From positions 1-33,699 of the forward strand of contig QHWF01000003.1 in NCBI GenBank assembly GCA_003222455.1: DNA of 33,699 nucleotides, in the 5' to 3' direction. The notes under the pieces are model-generated. The model saw nothing but the letters and a program-made list of their open reading frames with translations. It searched no databases and was not told where the DNA came from. Of this stretch, positions 1 to 7,932 are shown in pieces (within the stretch, counting starts at the first letter, position 1; each line of letters starts with the position of its first letter). Origin of the DNA: Acidobacteriota bacterium. Its GTDB lineage: Bacteria; Acidobacteriota; Vicinamibacteria; Vicinamibacterales; CAVVIG01. The position numbers were made by a program, and so were the translations under genes.

Positions 1-57
1 ACGCCAGATGGCGGCGGCCGGTCGCGAGGGTCCCTTGCCGCGACTCTCGGTCCCTGA

Positions 58-714
58 ATGACGGAAGTGATTCGTTCGCACGGCGAGTTCGACATCATCG
101 TGGTCGACGGTCCGGCCCGAGGACGCACCCGGCTGAAATGCTGCCGCGCAGCGTTGACGGCACTGCGCGCCGGCGGACTCGTCATCCTCGACAACTCCGA
201 CTGGCTGCCCGAATCCTCGACTGTGCTGCGCGACAGCGGCTTGCTCGAAGTGGATTTCACCGGCTTCGCGCCGATTTGCGACCACGTGCAAACGACATCG
301 CTCTATTTTCATCGCACATTCAACGTTCCACCGTTGACCGGACGTCAGCCGATGCCGGGACCTGGCGCGAAACTGGATCTCTGGGAACATCCGCTCGTGT
401 CAGTCCCTGGGCCGCTGATTACGTGCGACAGCGAGCCGTTCAGAGGCATCGTCGATGATGTGACATTCGAGTTCTCGAGTCCTGGCGGCCGCCGGAAGTT
501 TCGAGGCGTGAACTACCTCGGTGCCGACGGAATACGCTGCGTCGCGATTCTCGATCTCGATCTCGACCGCGTCCTGCTCACCCGCCATCGTCCACCGTGC
601 CGCAGACAGACAGAAGCCGACCTGTCACGAGAGATCGCGCGAATTGCCGCGATGTCGTGGGAGGCGTTCCGCGAATTCATCGGCCGGCACGAATATCGCC
701 GATATGTGCTGTGA
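58..714 (+). CDS. Hypothetical protein. The N-terminal part resembles the distal half of a class I SAM-methyltransferase fold and may be 5'-truncated.
   Basis: ORF track 58..714. An in-frame TGA at 55-57 directly precedes the ATG. The segment FDIIVVDGPARGR...LRAGGLVILDNSDW looks like the post-SAM-binding half of a Rossmann methyltransferase, but no GxGxG half is present. The C-terminal ~110 aa were not recognised. Confidence 0.45.
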   Translation: MTEVIRSHGEFDIIVVDGPARGRTRLKCCRAALTALRAGGLVILDNSDWLPESSTVLRDSGLLEVDFTGFAPICDHVQTTSLYFHRTFNVPPLTGRQPMPGPGAKLDLWEHPLVSVPGPLITCDSEPFRGIVDDVTFEFSSPGGRRKFRGVNYLGADGIRCVAILDLDLDRVLLTRHRPPCRRQTEADLSREIARIAAMSWEAFREFIGRHEYRRYVL

Positions 715-775
715 CCGTGTCCGTCTTACCGCGGTTCGCGTCGATTCAGGTCCTCCGGCGCGTGATCGGGAGCCG

Positions 776-1819
776 ATGCTGTGCGCCGGGCGCGCCAGCA
801 CCTGGCTGATTTCGGTCCTGTGCGTCGCGCTCGCCGGCCTGCTCACGGCGCAACCACGCACGTTCAAGATCGCGTTCTACAACATCCGATCCGGCATCGG
901 CATCCAGCCGCTCGGGCGCCGCGCCGCCCCGTTTGCCGAAACAGTGAACTGCGACGCCAAGTCGGGGCCCATCAATGCCTGGGGCGCTGGAATCGTGCAG
1001 GCCGAGCTCGTCAAGTCCATCAAGAACGATCCCCTGGTGATCGCGCTCGGCCTCGCTGAGGCATGGAACTGCGGATCGCCGGCACATGTGCGCGAGACGC
1101 TCGGCTGGAAGGCAGACTCCTCCGAGCGAAACGGCGTCGCACTGGTCGCCCGGTATGGGTTCTCGGGAAACGTCGAGTGGCTCGAGCTCGATACGACGAA
1201 CAACAAGAACCCGCGCGACACGATGTGGATCGTTCGCGGCGCGGTCTGCCTCGATGCACCCTGCAGCGGCTCCATCGACATGTATGCGGCCCATTGGGCG
1301 GGAACGGGACCGCGCGGCCGCGAGACGTACGACCGGCAGGCGCAACAATCGATCGAGTTCATGGCGAAGTCTGCGGGACCGCGGGCCCTGCTCGGCGATT
1401 TGAATGTGTTCGAGGCGAATGCCGGCGTCTGCGGGCAACAGCCGAACAACACGTCGCTGACGTACTTTCGCCGGGCAGGCTACGTGGATGCGTGGCCGAC
1501 GATTCACCGCGAGAGCGAAGGATACACGGGCATGTTGAACCGGCGCGGCTGCGGGACACCCGAAGGATACGTCTGGAAACGGATCGACTATGCGTGGTCG
1601 AAGAATCTTCCACCCGTGAACATTCAGCGGTTCGGCGGCGTCCCTCCCGGTGAAGCGGCTCCCTCCGATCACCTCGGGATCGTGGTCGAGTACGCAGTTC
1701 CCGCTGTGATTTTCAACGGAGACTACGGAGAGAACGGCAGTACACAGAGAAGCAGAGCAACGGAGAAACAGCTCCTCTCTGTTGCTCCGTTGCTCCGTGT
1801 AATGCCGTTGCCTCCGTAA
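776..1819 (+). CDS. Secreted endonuclease/exonuclease/phosphatase (EEP) family protein
   Basis: ORF 521..1819 trimmed to ATG 776, where a signal-peptide-like segment begins (MLCAGRASTWLISVLCVALAGLLTAQP). EEP motifs present: FYNIRSG, LAEAWN, GDLNVF, PSDHLG. The last ~35 codons run through the heptamer hairpin at 1715-1826. Confidence 0.8.
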   Translation: MLCAGRASTWLISVLCVALAGLLTAQPRTFKIAFYNIRSGIGIQPLGRRAAPFAETVNCDAKSGPINAWGAGIVQAELVKSIKNDPLVIALGLAEAWNCGSPAHVRETLGWKADSSERNGVALVARYGFSGNVEWLELDTTNNKNPRDTMWIVRGAVCLDAPCSGSIDMYAAHWAGTGPRGRETYDRQAQQSIEFMAKSAGPRALLGDLNVFEANAGVCGQQPNNTSLTYFRRAGYVDAWPTIHRESEGYTGMLNRRGCGTPEGYVWKRIDYAWSKNLPPVNIQRFGGVPPGEAAPSDHLGIVVEYAVPAVIFNGDYGENGSTQRSRATEKQLLSVAPLLRVMPLPP

Positions 1820-1826
1820 TCTCCGT
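1715..1826. repeat. Imperfect long inverted repeat (about 56 + 55 nt arms) built from ACGGAGA-like heptamer units
   Basis: Left arm 1716-1771 (ACGGAGACTACGGAGAGAACGGCAG...) is complementary by eye to right arm 1772-1825 (...GCCGTTGCCTCCGTAATCTCCGT). It overlaps the stop codon of the EEP gene. Confidence 0.7.
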
Positions 1827-1865
1827 TACCTCAAACACCGAATCTGCTTATGATGTTCGAGCAAC

Positions 1866-3614
1866 ATGGCTCGAGACATGGTCTCGGACGGCCGCGGCGA
1901 GCCGCCCGGCATCGCGGTGGTTCCGGCGCTCTTTCATGCCTCGCGCGTCCATGCCGAGCGGCCAATCGCCGCCACCCGCGTGCTCCTCGGCGTCTCGTCG
2001 TTGTTCGCCATCTGGCTCGATCCAGCCGAGCCGCAGCGCTACGTCCACGCCACCTACATCCTTCTGGTGGTGTACGTGGTGTATTCCCTCGCCATCCTGC
2101 CGTTCGCCTGGCGCCGTCGTACGGCCCGGCACTTCGGCCTGACGACGCATCTCATCGACATTGCCGTCTTTTCGCTGCTGCAATTCGTCACGCTGGGCCC
2201 GTCGAGCCCGTTCTTTGTGTATTTCGTCTTCTCCGTCTGTTGTGGCGCGCTGCGCTGGGACTGGCGCGGCACTCTGGCGACGGCCGTGCTCGTGTTCATC
2301 TCCTACCTCCTGATGGGAGCCTGGATGATGGAAACACTCGGACCGACGTTCGAGTTGAATCGGTTCATCATCCGCGCCGTCTATCTCGGCGTGGTCTCGT
2401 CGCTTCTGCTGTTTCTCGGTCAGCACGAGATTCGGCTGCGCATGGAGATCGAACGGCTCGCCCGCTGGCCGCCCGTGGCGGACGCCAATCCCGAGGTCGT
2501 GGCAGAGCGCGTGCTCGCGCACGCCGCGGGCATTGTCGGCGCGAACCGCGCGCTCACCGTCTGGGAGGTCGACCAGGAGCCATGGATATACGTCGCCTGC
2601 TGGAACGCGGCGGCATCGACCATGATCAAGCTCGCACCGGCCGACATCGATCCGGCCGTCGCTCGCGGACTCGAGGCGGCCGCGTTCTGGTGCGCCGACG
2701 CACAGACGGAGCAGAACACCGTCGTGCGGGTCGCCAACGGCCGCGCCGTTTCCGAAGAGTGGGCCTCGCCGATTCACCGGATCCTGCTCTCGTATCTGGG
2801 CGCATTCGGCGTTGTCTCGGCGCCGTTCGAGACCGCCCGCCTGAACGGCCGCGTGTTCTTCTCGGACGTCGGAACCCCCGCGCCCGAGATGATTCCGTTG
2901 ACGGAAGTCGTCGCGCGCGAGATTGGCGCGACTGTCGATCGGGCGTACGCGACGCGCCAGCAGCGCAGCATTGCAGCAAGTGAGGAACGCATCCGTCTGG
3001 CCCGCGACCTGCACGACGGCGTGCTGCAGTCCCTCACCGGCATTCGGCTCGAGCTGCAGGCCATGGCCGCCGCGGTGGCCTCCGACGCACCCGAGACGCG
3101 GCGCGATCGGCTCCTCGCGAGTGAGCGCGCGCTCGCGATCGAACAGCGGGAACTGCGGTTTTTCATCGAGGACCTCAAACCGGCGCCGATCGCCGCCGCA
3201 ACCCGATCGCTCGACGACACACTGACGCGCGTGCGCGAGCGCATCGCGATGGAATGGAAGGTGCCGGTCTCGATCCGGGTTGCGCCGCAGATGAGTGTGC
3301 CGTACGATCTCGAGCAGGCGATCGGCTTGATGGTGCACGAAGCGGTCGTGAATGCGCTGAAACATGCCGAACCGTCGCGCGTGTCGGTTGACGTGCACAC
3401 CGACGGCGGCGCCATCCGGATCGTGGTCGCGGACGATGGCCGGGGGTTCGCATTTCAGGGCCGCCACGACGACCGAACGCTGATACGGGTGAATGCCTGT
3501 CCGGCCAGCCTGCATGAGCGGATCAAATCGCTTGGCGGCGACCTCACCATCGAGTCGGGCCGCACGGGATCGCGCGTGGAAATGACGGTGCCGGTACTGG
3601 CGGGGAGGACCTGA
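1866..3614 (+). CDS. Membrane sensor histidine kinase, HisKA_3 (NarL/DesK-class) type
   Basis: About six hydrophobic N-terminal segments and a GAF-like middle region. HisKA_3 H-box ERIRLARDLHDGVLQSL. HATPase_c motifs HEAVVNALKHA, ADDGRGF, LGGDLTIES. Confidence 0.85.
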   Translation: MARDMVSDGRGEPPGIAVVPALFHASRVHAERPIAATRVLLGVSSLFAIWLDPAEPQRYVHATYILLVVYVVYSLAILPFAWRRRTARHFGLTTHLIDIAVFSLLQFVTLGPSSPFFVYFVFSVCCGALRWDWRGTLATAVLVFISYLLMGAWMMETLGPTFELNRFIIRAVYLGVVSSLLLFLGQHEIRLRMEIERLARWPPVADANPEVVAERVLAHAAGIVGANRALTVWEVDQEPWIYVACWNAAASTMIKLAPADIDPAVARGLEAAAFWCADAQTEQNTVVRVANGRAVSEEWASPIHRILLSYLGAFGVVSAPFETARLNGRVFFSDVGTPAPEMIPLTEVVAREIGATVDRAYATRQQRSIAASEERIRLARDLHDGVLQSLTGIRLELQAMAAAVASDAPETRRDRLLASERALAIEQRELRFFIEDLKPAPIAAATRSLDDTLTRVRERIAMEWKVPVSIRVAPQMSVPYDLEQAIGLMVHEAVVNALKHAEPSRVSVDVHTDGGAIRIVVADDGRGFAFQGRHDDRTLIRVNACPASLHERIKSLGGDLTIESGRTGSRVEMTVPVLAGRT

Positions 3615-3621
3615 ACCGTCG

Positions 3622-4266
3622 ATGCCGATTCGGCTGACGCTGGCCGACGATCACCCCGTCGTTCTGCAGGGACTGCAGCGCCTCTTCGAGACGCAGCACG
3701 ATTTCAACGTGGTCGCCTGCTGCGGCGGCGGCGACGGGGCGCTCGAATCGGTGCGACATGCGCGGCCCGACGTTCTCGTCCTCGACCTGCGCATGCCCGG
3801 CTGCAGCGGCCTCGACGTGCTTCGCGCGATGGCTGCCGAAAAACTGCCCTGTCGTACCGTGCTGCTGACCGCCGCGATCACCGACAACGACCTCGTCGAG
3901 GCCGTGCGCCTCGGTGTCAATGGCATCATCATGAAACAGTCGCCGCCCGACGCGCTGGTCGAGTGTGTTCGCCGCGTCGCGCGCGGTGAGCAATCGATCG
4001 AGAGGGACACGCTGGCAAAAGCGTTCGGGCGTGTGCTGCGACGCGAAGCCGCCACGCGCGAGGTCGGCCACACGCTCACGCCGCGCGAGATCGAGATCGT
4101 GCAGATGGTGGCGCATGGGCTGCGCAATCGGGCCATCGCCGAACGGCTCGCGATTTCGGAAGGCACCGTCAAGATCCATCTGCACAATATCTACGAGAAA
4201 CTCGGCATCGATGGGCGCCTCGAGCTCATGCTGTGGGCGCAGGAGCAGGGGGTCAGCGGATCGTGA
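3622..4266 (+). CDS. LuxR/NarL-family response regulator
   Basis: Receiver domain (LADDHPVV, DVLVLDLRMPG) plus a C-terminal LuxR HTH (LTPREIEIVQMVAHGLRNRAIAERLAISEGTVKIHLHNIYEKLG). Starts 7 nt after the kinase stop. Confidence 0.9.
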   Translation: MPIRLTLADDHPVVLQGLQRLFETQHDFNVVACCGGGDGALESVRHARPDVLVLDLRMPGCSGLDVLRAMAAEKLPCRTVLLTAAITDNDLVEAVRLGVNGIIMKQSPPDALVECVRRVARGEQSIERDTLAKAFGRVLRREAATREVGHTLTPREIEIVQMVAHGLRNRAIAERLAISEGTVKIHLHNIYEKLGIDGRLELMLWAQEQGVSGS

Positions 4267-4363
4267 AGCTGGCAGCGAACGCCACCTGGAAGAAGTTTGG
4301 GCATGTAGAAGAAGCGCTAATGAAAAGCCCATCAGGCAGGCGGCTTGCAACCGTGCAAAGTCG

Positions 4364-5440
4364 ATGTTCCAGCCAGCTCGGCAGGACCTCTCTGGCCTTG
4401 GAAACGGCGGCCGCGTGAACGTCATCTCACTCGACGCGACGGTACTCATCTGTACATTCAATCGCGCCGCGATGCTGGCCGAGACGCTCGACACGCTCGC
4501 AGCGACGCGAGCCGCGACGCTGCGATGGAACGTGATTGTCGTCGACAACAATTCGAGCGATGCGACGCGCGACGTCGTGACCTCACGAATCAGCCGCTAT
4601 CCGGTGGAATTGCGATATCTCTTCGAGCCGAGGCAGGGCAAGTCACACGCACTCAATGCAGGCCTGGCGGCAACGGACGCCCGCATCGTCGTCTTCACGG
4701 ACGACGATGTGCGCCTGAGCGACGGCTGGCTGGCTGCGGCGTGCCGGCCGATGCTCGACAATCCCACGATCGACTACACGGGTGGACCGGTCCATCCAAT
4801 CTGGGAGCAGCCGTGCCCGCCGTGGCTCGATCGCACGCGATCCGACCTCTGGGGCACGCTGGCGATTCTCGACTACGGTGAGGAGCCGTTCGTCTTCGAA
4901 GAGCGCCGCCGGGTGCCGCTCGGCGCCAACATGGCGGTCCGCCGGACGTTGATCGATCGCATCGGTGGGTTCGATCCCGGGCTCGGGCGCCGCGGAACAT
5001 CGCTCCTGGGCCAGGAACAGGCGGAGTTCTTCTGCCGGTCGCGGGCGGCGGGCGCCCGGGGCCTGTACGTCCCGGCGATGACGCTGCACCATCACGTCCC
5101 GGCCACGCGCCTGACGCGCAGCTATTTCCGCCGCTGGTGGTTCTGGAAGGGCGTCTCGCGATCCCTCCTCGAGCAGCGCCATCCGGTGACCGAGCTCGGT
5201 GTCGATCTGTCTCAAGTGGCGAGGCTGACTGGTATTCCGAGATTCATGGTTTGCTCGGCAGCGCGTGATGCAATGCGCTGGGCGGGCGCGCTCCTGTCAT
5301 GGGATCGCGCCGGCCGGGTACGTCACGAAATGATGCTCTGCTATTTCGTCGGGTACGTCCGCGGTGTCCGCACACGAGCTGCTGATTCTCCCACTAGCGG
5401 TAATCCCTTTCCGTCCGTGTTCGGCACTAAGAATCCATGA
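4364..5440 (+). CDS. Family 2 glycosyltransferase (GT-A)
   Basis: ORF 3965..5440 trimmed to ATG 4364 (GTG 4415 is an alternative start). Motifs: VLICTFNRAAML, VIVVDNNSSDATRD, GKSHALNAG, VVFTDDDVRL (DxD). Confidence 0.8.
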   Translation: MFQPARQDLSGLGNGGRVNVISLDATVLICTFNRAAMLAETLDTLAATRAATLRWNVIVVDNNSSDATRDVVTSRISRYPVELRYLFEPRQGKSHALNAGLAATDARIVVFTDDDVRLSDGWLAAACRPMLDNPTIDYTGGPVHPIWEQPCPPWLDRTRSDLWGTLAILDYGEEPFVFEERRRVPLGANMAVRRTLIDRIGGFDPGLGRRGTSLLGQEQAEFFCRSRAAGARGLYVPAMTLHHHVPATRLTRSYFRRWWFWKGVSRSLLEQRHPVTELGVDLSQVARLTGIPRFMVCSAARDAMRWAGALLSWDRAGRVRHEMMLCYFVGYVRGVRTRAADSPTSGNPFPSVFGTKNP

Positions 5441-5598
5441 GTCGACTGCGGCACGTCGATTGAATAAAGACGAGGCCGTTTTGAGCATCCGATCGTCGCT
5501 CTTCGATGTCTACGCGCGACTGCGCGATCTGATCGTTCCCGGTCTGCGCTACTCGCAGCATTTCTACGAGCGACGACTCAGACGCTCGCTCAAACCCG

Positions 5599-6249
5599 AT
5601 GTCGACTGGGCTCGATCTCGGCTGTGGTCATCAGGTGCTGCCGTCCTGGCGCGGCGAGCACGAGGGCGAGCTCGTCAGCGCGTGTCGTTCGGTGACCGGC
5701 ATCGACTACGATCTCCCGTCTCTGCAACACCACCGCAGCGTGCGACGGCTCGTCCGCGGCGACATCAGCGCTCTGCCGTTTGCCGACGGCTCGTTCGATC
5801 TCGTGACGGCCAATATGGTGGTCGAGCATCTGGGCGACCCTGAGCAGCAGTTCCGAGAAGTCGCCCGGGTGCTGCGCCCTGGAGGGTCGTTCCTGCTTCA
5901 CACGCCGAACGCACTCGGGTATCCGACGATGCTTGGCCGGCTTGTGCCAGAGAGGGTCAAGGGCCCTCTGATTCGTGCACTCGACAGCCGCACATCGAGC
6001 GATGTGTTTCCGACGCACTACCGCGCGAACACAGGTCGACGCGTCACTGAGGTCGCCGAACGCGCAGGCCTGACCGTCGTGGGACTGAAGATGGTGGCGA
6101 CCGATGCACTGTTCGCTGTGATTCCACCGCTTGCGGCCATCGAGCTCCTGACAATTCGTCTGCTCCTGACGAAGCCCCTCCGACGCTTCCGCTCGGATAT
6201 CATCGCGGTGCTGGAGAAGCCAAAGAAGGCCGGCGTGGCGGCGGCGTAG
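5599..6249 (+). CDS. Class I SAM-dependent methyltransferase (Methyltransf_11-like). The reading frame appears interrupted near its 5' end.
   Basis: GLDLGCGHQ SAM motif sits right at the ORF start. Also LPFADGSFDLVTANMVVEHL and LRPGGSFLLHTPN. A plausible N-terminal ~45 codons (…LFDVYARLRDLIVPGLRYSQHFYERRLRRSLKPDVDW) lie in another frame at about 5460-5609. Confidence 0.7.
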   Translation: MSTGLDLGCGHQVLPSWRGEHEGELVSACRSVTGIDYDLPSLQHHRSVRRLVRGDISALPFADGSFDLVTANMVVEHLGDPEQQFREVARVLRPGGSFLLHTPNALGYPTMLGRLVPERVKGPLIRALDSRTSSDVFPTHYRANTGRRVTEVAERAGLTVVGLKMVATDALFAVIPPLAAIELLTIRLLLTKPLRRFRSDIIAVLEKPKKAGVAAA

Positions 6250-6290
6250 CTTCCACTTTCCACCTCAAATATTCCCGATTAATTCCGATA

Positions 6291-6447
6291 TTGCACCCCA
6301 CCGTGCACAAAACGCACGGTGGGGGCCCCGCTCTGCGGTCGTCGCGCCGCTCCCCCGGGGTCCCCACGGCGCGGACTGTGCGCCGTGGGGTGGAACGTCG
6401 GGGCGCCTCGCCGCTCGGTGCGACGCCGGACTTTCACCACGGACTGT
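6291..6447. repeat. GC-rich hairpin repeat, family A, copy 1
   Basis: Two hairpins: CACCCCACCGTGC-ACAAAAC-GCACGGTGGGGG (6295-6325) and CCCCACGGCGCG-GACTG-TGCGCCGTGGGG (6362-6390). End module CTCGGTGCGACGCCGGACTTTCACCACGGACTG. It shares these modules with 23989-24140 and 25529-25732 and lies between convergent genes. Confidence 0.75.
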
Positions 6448-6451
6448 CAAT

Positions 6452-7198
6452 CTATCTGATACCGAACACTGTCAGAACGGGCCGGTGGTCCGAAGGCATG
6501 ACACCGCGGGAGTCGCGGACGTCGTAGACCTGTGAAGACTCGAGTGTGAGTGCCGTCGCGCCATGCGAGTAGTAGATGTAGTCGATCCGGCTGTTGCGCG
6601 TGTTTCCTTCCGGGTTCCCGCTGTATGCCACCGCATTGCCGTCGGCGTCCGCTTCCGCCCAGGAATCGAAGTAGCTGCTTTTCATCTTCGCGTTCTCGGA
6701 CGAGCCGGGCCGCGCGTTGAAGTCGCCGGCGACGATCCGCGGCTCTCCGAGCGTCCGCTCCCACGCAATGAGCTCGCCGATTTCCGCGAGGCGATAAGCC
6801 GTAGAATCGGCATCCAGATGGGTCGACGTGAAATGGATATCGCGGCCATGAACATGAATCACCACGTCGAGGGCTGCGCGGTCGTGACTGAGCATTCGGA
6901 CGCCGGTCGAGTCGAACGGATACCGTGACATCACGAGATTGCCGATGCCAGTCGACTCTCCTGTGCCAGACGAGAACGTGTAGTACCACTTCTGCCCCGT
7001 GTGCTTCTTCATCAGATCCGCTATCACGGCGGGGCCGTCATTATCGGAACCGTTGTACCGTTCGACTTCATTGAATGAAACGATGTCGGGCTTGAAACTC
7101 GCGGCCTTCTTGATCAGCCGGTCGGCATCCTGCTCACCATCCGTGCCGACACCGCCATGATGCGTATTCCACTGCAGGACACGCAGCGTCGAACTCCC
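6452..7198 (-). CDS. EEP-family catalytic domain. This is the C-terminal fragment of a frameshifted DNRLRE-EEP fusion gene.
   Basis: The frame is open from 7198 down to the stop at 6452. The first in-frame start is GTG 7027, which is what the ORF track uses. Hand translation upstream of 7027 gives SSTLRVLQWNTHHGGVGTDGEQDADRLIKKAASFKPDIVSFNEVERYNG, a canonical EEP N-terminus. Later motifs: GDFNARP, SDHRPV. Confidence 0.75.
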   Translation of the reverse strand, partial: GSSTLRVLQWNTHHGGVGTDGEQDADRLIKKAASFKPDIVSFNEVERYNGSDNDGPAVIADLMKKHTGQKWYYTFSSGTGESTGIGNLVMSRYPFDSTGVRMLSHDRAALDVVIHVHGRDIHFTSTHLDADSTAYRLAEIGELIAWERTLGEPRIVAGDFNARPGSSENAKMKSSYFDSWAEADADGNAVAYSGNPEGNTRNSRIDYIYYSHGATALTLESSQVYDVRDSRGVMPSDHRPVLTVFGIR

Positions 7199-7932
7199 CC
7201 CGACGAGGACGACGAGGACGACGAGGAAGCGGGAGGGGGTGCCGCGGTGCTGGTCGACCCGTGATGATACGTGACTTTCAGGACCGGGCGAACCGAGGCG
7301 TTAGAGTCGTTCGGGGTGTAATACTCCCGATAGGATTCGGACGTTGACCCATCGAGATCCACCAGCGCGACTCGGGTATAACGTGAATCTCCGAGCAGGC
7401 CGGCGACCGCTTGTTTCACCAGGGAGGTGACGTTGAACGTCACCTTCGTGCCTGGGGCATTCCCCACGATTTCCTGATCGAGCTTCGATCCCAGGTCGCC
7501 GCCCAACGTCATCCAGGGCGCGCTCGTTCGGCGCCTGCGCCAGGTGACTTCGTTTTCGTTCCACGATGTTGTGATTTGATACGCAGCAATCGAGCGCGTC
7601 TTGTCCTCACTCCCCAGTTTGACTGTGATGGTCAGCAGCGCCGACGTCACGGTGCTGCCCGCGGGAATTCCGTTGTGCGTATCGAACTTCAACAGCGCAC
7701 GGCGGTGGTATTCAGGATTCGAAGCCGCGCGAGTGGCCAGCAGCGTCCCCAGATTGGAATTGGCGTAACTGCCGCCGCGAATCGTCGCGTAGACGACTTC
7801 CGAGGTTGGATCATTCAATGTCACAGTGGTTTGAGCCGACGTCGGTAGCGGAGCGACTCCGAGTGCGATCACGCCGAACGCGAGAGGAGCGAACACACGA
7901 GCAGGCCGACTGGACACACACCACTGCTGCAT
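7114..7932 (-). CDS. Signal peptide + DNRLRE-type carbohydrate-binding domain + Ser-rich linker. This is the N-terminal fragment of the frameshifted fusion gene.
   Basis: ORF 7114..8184 trimmed to ATG 7932 (MQQWCVSSRPARVFAPLAFGVIALGVAPLPTSAQ). DNRLRE-like features: RRALLKFDTHNGIPAGSTVTSALLTI and YQITTSWNENEVTW. A poly-Ser linker is followed by an out-of-frame tail of 26 codons. Confidence 0.7.
   Translation of the reverse strand: MQQWCVSSRPARVFAPLAFGVIALGVAPLPTSAQTTVTLNDPTSEVVYATIRGGSYANSNLGTLLATRAASNPEYHRRALLKFDTHNGIPAGSTVTSALLTITVKLGSEDKTRSIAAYQITTSWNENEVTWRRRRTSAPWMTLGGDLGSKLDQEIVGNAPGTKVTFNVTSLVKQAVAGLLGDSRYTRVALVDLDGSTSESYREYYTPNDSNASVRPVLKVTYHHGSTSTAAPPPASSSSSSSSSGGVRRCVSCSGIRIMAVSARMVSRMPTG

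Noticed and set aside
1-57. Partial upstream gene ending at TGA 55-57
   Set aside because: Only 18 codons (TPDGGGRSRGSLAATLGP*) are visible, with no recognisable motif. This is too little sequence to call.
521-775. N-terminal 85-codon extension of the EEP ORF (start at 521)
   Set aside because: The extension overlaps the 58..714 ORF and is Arg/Ser/Cys-rich junk. A clean signal peptide starts at ATG 776.
1848-3515. Very long antisense ORFs opposite annotated genes. Examples on the minus strand: 1848..3515, 9792..11414, 14186..15448, 15303..16385, 17330..19285, 19219..20607, 20513..21775, 746..1672. Examples on the plus strand: 1850..2983, 12156..13262, 14329..15438, 19698..20744.
   Set aside because: Their translations are Arg/Ala/Gly/Pro/His-rich low-complexity strings with no recognisable motif. 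The opposite or alternative frame in each case encodes a full-length protein with clear family motifs. These are typical shadow ORFs of high-GC DNA.
7196-7201. Phase-variable contingency switch at the G6/C6 tract
   Set aside because: Six nucleotides is shorter than tracts that usually slip at useful frequency. Sequencing or assembly error, or a fixed pseudogene, are at least as likely. It is kept as a finding to check, not asserted.
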